A DNA stretch of 63,441 nt, the filler included, from Octopus bimaculoides (taxonomy: Eukaryota), in the NCBI RefSeq assembly GCF_001194135.2. It is 3 parts of 3 records of this genome, joined end to end, with 100 filler letters (N's around TTAATTAATTAA, not from the genome) between each part and the next. Parts side by side here need not be neighbours in the genome. Positions count along the whole stretch, not along the records: positions 1 to 29,286 come from NC_068981.1; 2 more parts are not named here. One strand, written 5' to 3'. Below the pieces are notes generated by a model. It saw only the letters and a program-made list of their open reading frames with translations. It was not told the DNA's origin and did no database searches. The translations under genes were made by a program, and so were the position numbers. Positions 1 to 10,300 of this stretch are shown here, piece by piece (position 1 is the stretch's first letter; each line of letters starts with the position of its first letter).

Positions 1-765
1 TACAGCAGATAGAAAGGGAGTCAGTAACACATATAAGAATTTGCCAGTTCTTAGAGTACACAATAGTAAGAGTCTGTATGTAAGAAGTTGAGGCGTGTGG
101 GGCAGCGCGATCACTCGTCGTGATGTTAGGGCTTCCATGCCAAGCCGGGTTCTTGTATACAGATGTTCTTCGCAGGCTGGGTTCTTGTCTGTTGTCTATC
201 GTGGCGAAGGTGAATCGCACAAACAGAGTTAGAAGTTCTGCGGTAGTTTTGGTTAGCTGGAGTACGTAGAAGTCATGTTGGCGATGCTGGTGGCGAATCT
301 TGTAGTTCGTAGTTGAAGTGGTGTTGACGATGGTGGTAGTCGTAGTGTCGTGTTGACTGGCGGCGGCGATGCTGGTAGTCGCAGTTGGAGATGCTGTTGA
401 TGTCGTCGCTGGAACTGCTACTGCTGCTCTGTGTGGTACACGGAACAGGTCTCTAAGATATCTGAACCGAGACGATTTGGCGGGTATAATTTAGTCTATT
501 TATAACAAAATAGGGGCTCCAGAGAGACATTAGAAAAACACTATCACGTGACCTTATTAGGGGCTGTGATTGGTCAGTGTGCGTTCTGGCGGGAACGGTA
601 CGAGGCAGTTGCCGCTTCAAATAATAATCAGTCAGGTGATAACAGGGAAAGAGATGTTTTCTACTACGCTCGCATCTGTCATATTTATAGTGAGAGAAGA
701 TGGTCTGTTTGAATATAATGGCGATAGATGGTTTTGTATATAATGGCGATAGGTAGTTTCACTAC
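1..765. repeat. Unclassified repeat, possibly the 3' part of an LTR
   Basis: GC-richer block with an E-box-like tcacgtga and a gattggt motif, ending in ...ttcactaca before AT-rich flank. No ORF; the left end is outside the window. Confidence 0.25.
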
Positions 766-3439
766 ATATTTATATATATTAATGTTTGTTTTTACGTTAT
801 AATAAAAACAATTTTGCATTAAACTGAAAGATTACTCAATACATTTTGGCAGAATATGAATTTATTGTTCTTTAACAAGAATAGTATTGACAGTGACTTC
901 GAAGTTTCGGCCAGCCTAGCCGTCATCGTATGTTTTAGAGTGTGTTTCTTTTTCCGATATATGAACTACTGATGATATATACAAAACTGTCCGACGAACG
1001 GGAATGTGAAGCTGTGAGTAACAGTTTTTGTGATATTTCTGCTGNNNNNNNNNNNNNNNNNNNNNNNNNNNNNNNNNNNNNNNNNNNNNNNNNNNNNNNN
1101 NNNNNNNNNNNNNNNNNNNNNNNNNNNNNNNNNNNNNNNNNNNNNNNNNNNNNNNNNNNNNNNNNNNNNNNNNNNNNNNNNNNNNNNNNNNNNNNNNNNN
1201 NNNNNNNNNNNNNNNNNNNNNNNNNNNNNNNNNNNNNNNNNNNNNNNNNNNNNNNNNNNNNNNNNNNNNNNNNNNNNNNNNNNNNNNNNNNNNNNNNNNN
1301 NNNNNNNNNNNNNNNNNNNNNNNNNNNNNNNNNNNNNNNNNNNNNNNNNNNNNNNNNNNNNNNNNNNNNNNNNNNNNNNNNNNNNNNNNNNNNNNNNNNN
1401 NNNNNNNNNNNNNNNNNNNNNNNNNNNNNNNNNNNNNNNNNNNNNNNNNNNNNNNNNNNNNNNNNNNNNNNNNNNNNNNNNNNNNNNNNNNNNNNNNNNN
1501 NNNNNNNNNNNNNNNNNNNATATATATAATTTTTTTATATTTAATATATATAAATAAATTTTAGGAAGTTGATTATGGCTGGTCAGAGAGTGACCATTGG
1601 TTTCGCAGGCCACTCGTCACACTCACATAGCCAAAGCACATAACGTTTCTACAACTGGAGGTCAGTTAGTTTTCTAAACAAAAAGTATAGACCCGAATTG
1701 GCCATGCGGTGTTAACACGCAGGATGGGGTATCTCCCTTACGTCGATTCCGACGATTTTTCGTACTGCAAGCTAGGAATAGAGAATTCCAAGCTTGCAGC
1801 TGAAAACACCTTAGATGCGGGCATTGACCTAAATACATCTTTCCTGGAGTTTAAAAAGGTCCCTGGGTCAAGCGAGTTTTTTTTTATCCTTGGTCTGTCT
1901 TCCAAGCAAAGCTTACATCGTCTATTCCCGTTTATATAAGTCCTTCGCTGTTCAAGAAGCCTCCATTTAATTATGTATGGGTTTCCTTCCTCTTTTTAGC
2001 GCCATACAAGGCTGGTTAGAGATGTGATGTTGCTCCTTTCTGGTGCCTTAAAAGAGGACCTGTGGTTGTTCAGACGTTGAACCGACATATTTCCGTGTCT
2101 GTTAACGAAAAAAGCGTCAACGGAGATGGTACATCCAGTGCACAGATACGGAAATATGACAGTTCAACCGGGGCCCCTTTTAAGCAATGTCAACTAACTA
2201 GTTATCAGGCACACTATATATTGTCAACGTCTGTCAAAATCGTTAATGACAATTCCATGTGTAGTTTATCATAAATAGGATCTAAGGAGTTAAACATTTG
2301 TTGGTTCTCTTATTTTCATTGGTCAACTACCTACTGCTAAAGAAGAACAAGTTCTTGATGTGTCTAACAGAGATCTGAACGGACAGTTGTTTGCTGACGT
2401 CATCGACCCTTGACAGAATCCTTTTGGTGATCGTCATTTTTACATCTGAACACAGTGACTTCAGCTTCGATTCAGAAGCAGTAAGTTGATATTTGGGATC
2501 GTATTTGTATTGTTGGTGAGTGCTTGCCGTCGCTCGAGCTGAACAGGTCAATGAAGATATACTTCGTTGGTTGCATGAATAATAAACGAAACAAGAAAAA
2601 AACTCGTGAATATTTAACTGAAATATTTATCGCCGGGCATAAAGATATTTGATGTTGGTTATTTACAGTGAACAGTATTAATAATTACCGACACGGAGAG
2701 AGAGAAATTGCCCTGAAATTATAGAAAGCTATCTGTATGACAACATACGGCCAGTCCAAACAAGACACGAAGTCATATCCGAGGCGATCTATGACGTGAG
2801 CAATCCGTTGGTCGTCTGCGCTCTAAGTTGCACGCCGAACGGTTTTTATAGAGGACCAGAAGCCAAATTTTAGAACATTCGAGAAAGCCATATCACGCCA
2901 CAATCTCACGCTGATTAGTTGATTTATAGACCGATCGCGTGAGGAACTATGGTGGCTCACTCGTAGTGTGTGACTGACTACCTAGCAGTTAGGTTTCGAA
3001 TCCCCACAACAGTATAAAATAGATTTAGAAGAACGTCAGTTTATTGGGAAATCAGTCATTAATTAAAGGAGTTACAAAGCGATCAATTGTCTGCTAAGAA
3101 ATAGCAGTCAAATCTCCCTCAAGTCACCCTGTTGGTTCAAAAAAGAAAACGACACATTTGATCAGGTAATATATGTTATTAAAAGATGGGACAGCCACAA
3201 ATGGAATGGCATTGATCGTAGGTCTGCTTAATTAGGACTGGCCTACTAAACTACAACATGAAGAATTTTTGTCCGAGTTCCCATGTTATTTTTTGTAGAA
3301 CCCCTTGTAAGATATTCCAAAAACCATGGAAACCAAATTCGCATTTTACAGACACCCTCATAAACAAAACTTGTGTCCGAGAGAAATTTCATTCGTATAA
3401 AATACATTAAAATACATGGACATCCACAGCGAGTTACTA

Positions 3440-4070
3440 ATACATCTCTGATTTGCAGATGGCATTATACTCATCGCCAAAACCACAGATCAGCGGTTGA
3501 CTATGCTAACAGAGCAGGACGCCCTTAACTCAATAGTAGGCCTTAAAATGGACTGCACGAAGACGCAGCAAAAAGCCGAATAGAGGTGGAAAGCGATGAA
3601 ATCGAGGAGGCAAATGAACACGTCTACCTGGGACACAGTGAAAGCACGCTGTTTCGTGGATACTGAAGTCTCTGGGAGAATAAGAGCAGAATGGAAGGCG
3701 TTGGCCTCGATGAAAGATGTGCTGAAAGCAAAGCCGGACAAGATCCTAGTTTCTTCAACGGCACAGTCTTGCCTGCGCCCTTAATACGCAATTGCGACGT
3801 GGGCTACTACGATGAGGGAAGAGCATCGACGGGCTACAAGACAGAAGGCCATGGAGAAATCCATGCTAGGAATATCATGGCGTGAGTACATCCAAAATGA
3901 GAGGAGCGATCGACGTGATCGCAGAATACCAAAATTACAAGTTCCGTTGGGCTCGACATGGCGCAAATTTCACAGATAATCCGTGGAGTTGCCAGGTGGT
4001 ATCCAAGAGATCAGAAAAGACCGCTTGGAAGACCCCCACCCATGACGATAGGTAGAAGATTTAGTTAATT
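3440..4070 (+). pseudogene. RTE-clade LINE reverse transcriptase C-terminal remnant
   Basis: Frameshifted motifs FADGIILIA, GLKM..KT, YLG, VLPA, AME..MLGISWRE.IQNE and W.PRDQKRPLGRP. Confidence 0.8.
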
Positions 4071-5297
4071 TGGGCCGAAATGACCCCCCCCCCCCGGTGC
4101 AATGAAGAAAGAGTTGGAAGCGCTTTGTCCCCAGCGGTATATAACAACATCTGATAAGTTTGGTCAGTACTGACGAGAAAACTTTGAACTAACCTATTTT
4201 CAAAATAATTTATAACATTTGTAAAATAAATTGTTATTCAATTTTATTAAAAGACATCTTGTGAAACTCCAGAAATTTCTTCGAGGGATCCACTTAGAGG
4301 AACTTTATAATTTGTGTCTGAAAAGGAGATAAGAAAATAAACTGTAAATGGTTCCAAATCCAATTAAACAATGACTTTTAAACACCAATGATCCACTTCT
4401 CATTGTTAATTATTTCTTATCTTCTCTATATATTAAACCACGGTTTTTACCTTTAAATTACCTACTACTGTACACCTTATAACCAGAACTATACATAGTG
4501 AGGTAAGACACCAGGAGTGCCCACGGATACGTCTATCCCTTAGATGGTTGTATAACTTCTAACTTATATCTTATTCAATAAGTAATGCATAATCAAAATA
4601 CCAAATTAGAACATTCCGTTCTCTTTATCTTCGATTTCTTTTTTCTGGCTTTAAAATATAAACGAAAGTTTGTTTGGAAACACAATTGAACTCTTTTAGC
4701 TGCCATATACAACTAACAAGGATCCTCTTGCGGTTGCCCGGCATGCTAAAGATAGCTGTCAAATTGCCACCCTAACCTTCACCACAACCACACGAACCAC
4801 CGTAGAAGGAAGATAGTGTAACATCTCCAGGTGTATCTTTACCAATCAATCGTCTCCTGAAGTACAAAATTCCTGTTGGAGATATGAACTTACGACTGAC
4901 TTAAAGTTTCTAAGCCAGTATTTATCCATTTAGAGTTTTCTCTTTTCTGCCGGAATTTTCGAACTGAATTAGAAGAAATTTGAGATATTTATTAAAAAAA
5001 CCAAACAAACCAATTTTGATTTGGTGACGTCTCGAGTAGAATCTGATCCAAGGTCTCTAGATTTATATGTTTATGAATTAATGGCCTGTTCTTACTCCTT
5101 TTTGGTTTCGTTCATTTCCATTCATAGACTGACCAACATTATGTAACAACACATAGGTTCAACACACGCATATATATATAACCGTTTGTGAAGCAGTTTT
5201 TTTCTTCTTTTTGTTGGATTGTCTCTGCCAGGTAATTAAATGACGATGATTCCCGTTTGACATTGATTTGCAGAAGGTGTCACTTGACTAGTTTTGG

Positions 5298-6722
5298 GTC
5301 TCTGTGAAGTTAATACGTGAGTTTATGTTGAACTGTTTATTGAATTGTTGATTGAATTGTTGCCAAAGTTGTTAATTGTTGTTTTGGTTCCCATTGTGAG
5401 AAAATGGAGAAGGAGCCGGAGGCAGGCCCAAGTTATGCGGCCGCAACGGGCAAAGGAGTAGACACGCGAGAGTTTGAGGTCCGCGAGATAAAAGTGGAGC
5501 CTAGAAAGATGAAGGAGAGTGAAAAACTAATCACTAAGGAAGGTAATATTCTGAAGCTAATGCCACCTGAAGATTTATCGGCCAACGCGTTAAAAAGAAC
5601 GGTAACATTTAAAACCATGAAGGTAGCCACAAGAAAAATAGAAATTGCACTGATAGAAGCCATAGAGGAATGTATAAAGGAATTGAAAAGATTTACAACA
5701 CACGTTACGAGAGGGAGGAGATACGCCACTGTGGAGGTGCGCTTCACAACGAAGGAGGAAGCAATAAAGCACTCCACAGAGGCAACACGGACAGACGAAT
5801 GGGCTCTCTTGCCTTTGTACTGCGGCAAACGTGTGGCCAAGGTGCGAGTGGGTAAGGTGCCACCCGAACTGAAAGAAGAATGGCTGATGGCAGTCATAAT
5901 ATATAATATGAAAGACGGGAAGATACTGAAGGCTACATGGACCGAGAAGGTAGATTACTGGGGATGTGGGATCGAACTAACGATTCAGGCAACAACGGAG
6001 GACTTGAATAGTATGGTGAAGGAGATTGTGCTGCCAGAAGATGTGAGACTGAGAGTTACTGTGGAGGGTAGGCCACATGAAGGCATGGTGCGCCCAAAGA
6101 AAGCCACAAACAGAACAGGAGGAGAGTGTGGACCAGGTAGTACAGGACAAGAGAGACTATTTATGGAAGAAGAAAAAAGAGAACCAAAAGTCCAAGAGAA
6201 AAGAAAGAAGATACGAGGAGGAGAAGGAGTATGGTGTTATGTAACGTACCCCAAAAATATTGATACAGAGAAAAAAATTATCAAGTTACATTCAATAGTA
6301 AGAGTAAAGGTGCCTTGATATGTCTACGCAGAGGATATGAAGGCAATATTGAAGGAAGAGGAAAACTATGGAAAATTGAAAGAGATGTGTGGAGATAACG
6401 TTGACCCGCCAGGAGTGGAGGTGGAATTTAAAGAGTTTCCACCAGTGGTGGATTTAAGAGATATCGAACCACTAATGAAGTTCTACTAAAGACAAAAAAA
6501 AAAGTATGAAATTAAAGGGTGGGGAGAACAATTGTAAATAATACATACAACGGTTCAAATGGTACTGCATGGAAATGGGGCCCATGCGTCCATTTTCATT
6601 TTTATATAACTTTCATTTCATTTACATTCGTTTTATGTTTTTTGTCCCCCACTGCGGCTTTGTCTGTTTTTGTGGTGTCCCCATCTATGTTTAGGGCTTT
6701 ATGCCTAATAAAGAAATCGGTA
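5298..6722 (+). mobile_element. Non-autonomous LINE derivative carrying only an ORF1-like gene, bounded by 18-bp direct repeats
   Basis: TCACTTGACTAGTTTTGG occurs at 5280-5297 and 6723-6740. The element has a 5' leader, an ORF1-like CDS and a 3' end with AATAAAGAAAT. Confidence 0.7.
5404..6318 (+). CDS. LINE ORF1/gag-like nucleic-acid-binding protein (304 aa; frame continues to 6489 past one TGA)
   Basis: SYAAA motif, K/E-rich composition, RRM-like V.F..KEEA segment and a VTVEGRP motif that normally precedes a zinc knuckle (knuckle absent here). Family assignment is by motif recall. Confidence 0.6.
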   Translation: MEKEPEAGPSYAAATGKGVDTREFEVREIKVEPRKMKESEKLITKEGNILKLMPPEDLSANALKRTVTFKTMKVATRKIEIALIEAIEECIKELKRFTTHVTRGRRYATVEVRFTTKEEAIKHSTEATRTDEWALLPLYCGKRVAKVRVGKVPPELKEEWLMAVIIYNMKDGKILKATWTEKVDYWGCGIELTIQATTEDLNSMVKEIVLPEDVRLRVTVEGRPHEGMVRPKKATNRTGGECGPGSTGQERLFMEEEKREPKVQEKRKKIRGGEGVWCYVTYPKNIDTEKKIIKLHSIVRVKVP

Positions 6723-6990
6723 TCACTTGACTAGTTTTGGTTTAGCATTGAGGGACAGAGATAGAGAAACTAAAATATTGTAATATTCATTTGAATTAGA
6801 AATGTCATTTATTCTTAAAATAGCCACCTTATACCTTCTTTTATTCTGAAAATAATCACGTTATTTGTTCTTTTATTCTGAAAATATTCGTTTAATACCT
6901 TCTCTAGTTGACTTTCGGTGCCTAGTTCGTAAGAAAGTTTTTCATCACCATTGTTTAAGAAGCGTTGCAACAATATTTTAACCTTTTTGT

Positions 6991-7116
6991 CGAGGTCGAC
7001 TTTGCCTTTCATCCTTTCGGAGGTCTATAAATTAAGTACCAGTTGCGTACTGGAGTCGATCTAATCGACTGACCCCCCCCCCAAAAAATTTCGGGCTTTG
7101 TGTTTGCATTAGAAAA
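6991..7116 (+). mobile_element. tRNA-derived SINE family A, 5'-truncated
   Basis: Near-identical to 7900-8027 (gaggtcgactttgcctttcatcctttcgg...). Confidence 0.85.
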
Positions 7117-7187
7117 CGTTTTACCCTCACTTGTTTTTTTCTTTACAGTTGTTTCTCTTTTGTCAAAGAATTTCTTGTATTTTCAGG

Positions 7188-7365
7188 ATGTCTGTGTTCA
7201 ATATTTTCTCCCTAACCAGTCCATTTGCTAGTTTTAATTGTGTCAACTGTCGCCTGTATGGCAGAAAGTGGAAACGGCGAAGTAAATTCACTTTACGAGG
7301 AGCAGAAGCGGAAGAGGTCAACCCGACCACTTTGACTATGGAAGTACCAAGACCATTAATTCCAT
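7188..7365 (+). CDS. Transglutaminase coding exon 1 (MSVFNIF...PRPLIP)
   Basis: Acceptor ttgtattttcag ends at 7186 and ATG is at 7188. Phase-1 donor gtagga at 7366; an alternative phase-1 donor gtaaat lies at 7282. Confidence 0.6.
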
Positions 7366-10300
7366 GTAGGATTCTATGGTTAATCTCTTATTCAAAATTC
7401 TTTAATTCTAATTGTGAATGTTTAAATGAAATCGTCGTAATTTCAATGCCCACATTCTCCTTTTTCTTTCTAGCTGCCGATCCTGAATTCCTGTGCAACG
7501 TGTTCCGTGTCATCCGCTTTGACTACATGATAACCTCTAATGCATTCCTACATCACACATTTAAATTTTATTCTACTCAACAACAAGCTTTAATAATTCG
7601 TCGTGGTCTTCCGTTTAAGATAAAAATCACTTTTAGTGATATGTATGATCCAGATGTACATGAAGTGTCCTTCGTTCTCTTAGCAGGTAAGACAATTTCT
7701 TTTAAAAAATTTTTTGTATTTTTTTTGTCTCTTGTTGCTGTTTAACACGTGGTGGTCTCTGGTTTTTAATGAAAAACATCCTAGCCATGATTATCCCACA
7801 TTAGATTCCATATAGAGCGGTGAGCTGGCAGAAACGTTAGCACGCCGGGCGAAATGCTTAGCGGTCTTTCGTCTGTCTTTACGTTCTGAGTTCAAATTCC
7901 GCTGAAGTCGACTTTGCCTTTCATCCTTTCGGGGTCGATAAATTAAGTACCAGTTGCGTACTGGATTGATCTAATCGACTGCCCCCACTCCCCCAAAATT
8001 TCGGGCCTTGTGTCTAGAGTAGAAAAGGCCTTAGATTCAATACAATGTTTAAGACAGTAGNNNNNNNNNNNNNNNNNNNNNNNNNNNNNNNNNNNNNNNN
8101 NNNNNNNNNNNNNNNNNNNNNNNNNNNNNNNNNNNNNNNNNNNNNNNNNNNNNNNNNNNNNNNNNNNNNNNNNNNNNNNNNNNNNNNNNNNNNNNNNNNN
8201 NNNNNNNNNNNNNNNNNNNNNNNNNNNNNNNNNNNNNNNNNNNNNNNNNNNNNNNNNNNNNNNNNNNNNNNNNNNNNNNNNNNNNNNNNNNNNNNNNNNN
8301 NNNNNNNNNNNNNNNNNNNNNNNNNNNNNNNNNNNNNNNNNNNNNNNNNNNNNNNNNNNNNNNNNNNNNNNNNNNNNNNNNNNNNNNNNNNNNNNNNNNN
8401 NNNNNNNNNNNNNNNNNNNNNNNNNNNNNNNNNNNNNNNNNNNNNNNNNNNNNNNNNNNNNNNNNNNNNNNNNNNNNNNNNNNNNNNNNNNNNNNNNNNN
8501 NNNNNNNNNNNNNNNNNNNNNNNNNNNNNNNNNNNNNNNNNNNNNNNNNNNNNNNNNNNNNNNNNNNNNNNNNNNNNNNNNNNNNNNNNNNNNNNNNNNN
8601 NNNNNNNNNNNNNNNNNNNNNNNNNNNNNNNNNNNNNNNNNNNNNNNNNNNNNNNNNNNNNNNNNNNNNNNNNNNNNNNNNNNNNNNNNNNNNNNNNNNN
8701 NNNNNNNNNNNNNNNNNNNNNNNNNNNNNNNNNNNNNNNNNNNNNNNNNNNNNNNNNNNNNNNNNNNNNNNNNNNNNNNNNNNNNNNNNNNNNNNNNNNN
8801 NNNNNNNNNNNNNNNNNNNNNNNNNNNNNNNNNNNNNNNNNNNNNNNNNNNNNNNNNNNNNNNNNNNNNNNAAACTAGAAAAACCATTGGCAGGATCATT
8901 CCAATAACCGAGTCTTTGTCCACCGGTTTTAATGCTGATATTACTTCGTCCTTCGCTGACAGTACTTTTTGATGCAATAATTCAAAGTTGGTCACAGATC
9001 TCCAGCCAGTGACGGAGGTCCTTAAAGCACATAACCCTATCCTTCCTCTAAACAATAAGAATAGGTTAATGTTTTTACTTTTCCTCAAGACCAGGGTGTC
9101 TCCAAACTACGGTCCACGAGGTCAGTTCATCCGGCCCGCCACCACACTACCTTCAATGCGAGTTCATTTGCCTCTGGTTTGGCATCAATGTTTGGAAGAA
9201 CTTATGGTCTGTGAGCAAACATTTTTCAAAAATGAAGAATGTGAAGTCAGCACATCGAACGAAGTTGACTGAACATTTGGAAGCAATTCTCTTGGTTGGA
9301 TGCAGCAATTCCAAAGCAAATATTGATGATATCTTAAAAGCTAAACACCTGTTTCACAAATCTCACCAACCTTTTCTGCTGCTTAGTTTGTGAGATTCAG
9401 ATGTGTGCACACTGAGTGTGATATAACTATCTTATTGCTAATGTCACCTTCTTTGATAACTTTTTGGTAAATAAATATGTTGGTTGTCTATATTTTTTGT
9501 GTGTTCATTGTATTCTATTGAACAAAATGGTTAAGCGGCCCACACACATCATTATCTCAGTTATCTGGCCCGCCATGAAAAAAGCTTGGTGACCCCTGCT
9601 CAAGACCATCGTTGATTAATATCTTTGGTGATCGATTCTTTGGAATAACTATAAAAGTATTACAACACAACACTTTTCAATCTTATTCCGGTAAGGAAGG
9701 TTTAATGGTTCTTTACAGATGAGTTCTATAATTCCATTTATGACTGTTTTAAACGTTCGAAGCTTTTTTTTTTTTGTATAAACTGTTCAACAAACCATTG
9801 TTTTGTAGGGGATAGTCCTGCTCCTGGTTTGGACACTCATGTCCATGTTGAATTGAATAAAGGACCGTACGAAGACAAACTGTGGTGGTGCAAGACGGAG
9901 GAAAATGGCGAATGTGGATTGATTCTCAGCCTTCATCCACCAGCTGACTGTATTATTGGAGAGTGGGATATTTTTGTGAAGACTTCAGCTCCAAGTGACG
10001 AAAGTGTGAATTATTATCTTTACGACCACAACTCTCCATTTTACGTTCTCTTTAACCCTTGGTGTGAAGGTAACCCAATATTTCGAATGAACAACTCGTA
10101 TTACGGCTTTGTTCTGTTCAGGACAATCTCTATGCCCATATTTCTAACATATTTGATTATCATCCATTTTTTTCAGTTTTCTATCCTAGAAAGGGCCATA
10201 TGTAATATTTTAATCATTTTCTGGTTTCTATATTGTTTCTCGATGTTAATATATTTAACATGCCCTTTTTTCCCGTTATTCCGATGTTAATATATTTATG

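Noticed and set aside
942-1613. Long ORFs spanning N runs (also 7943-9088, 20931-21987, 33470-34226, 35876-36699, 55846-57242 and others)
   Set aside because: The length comes from X translations of gaps.
5433-5897. 154-aa antisense ORF
   Set aside because: Shadow of the purine-rich ORF1 on the opposite strand, with no motif support.
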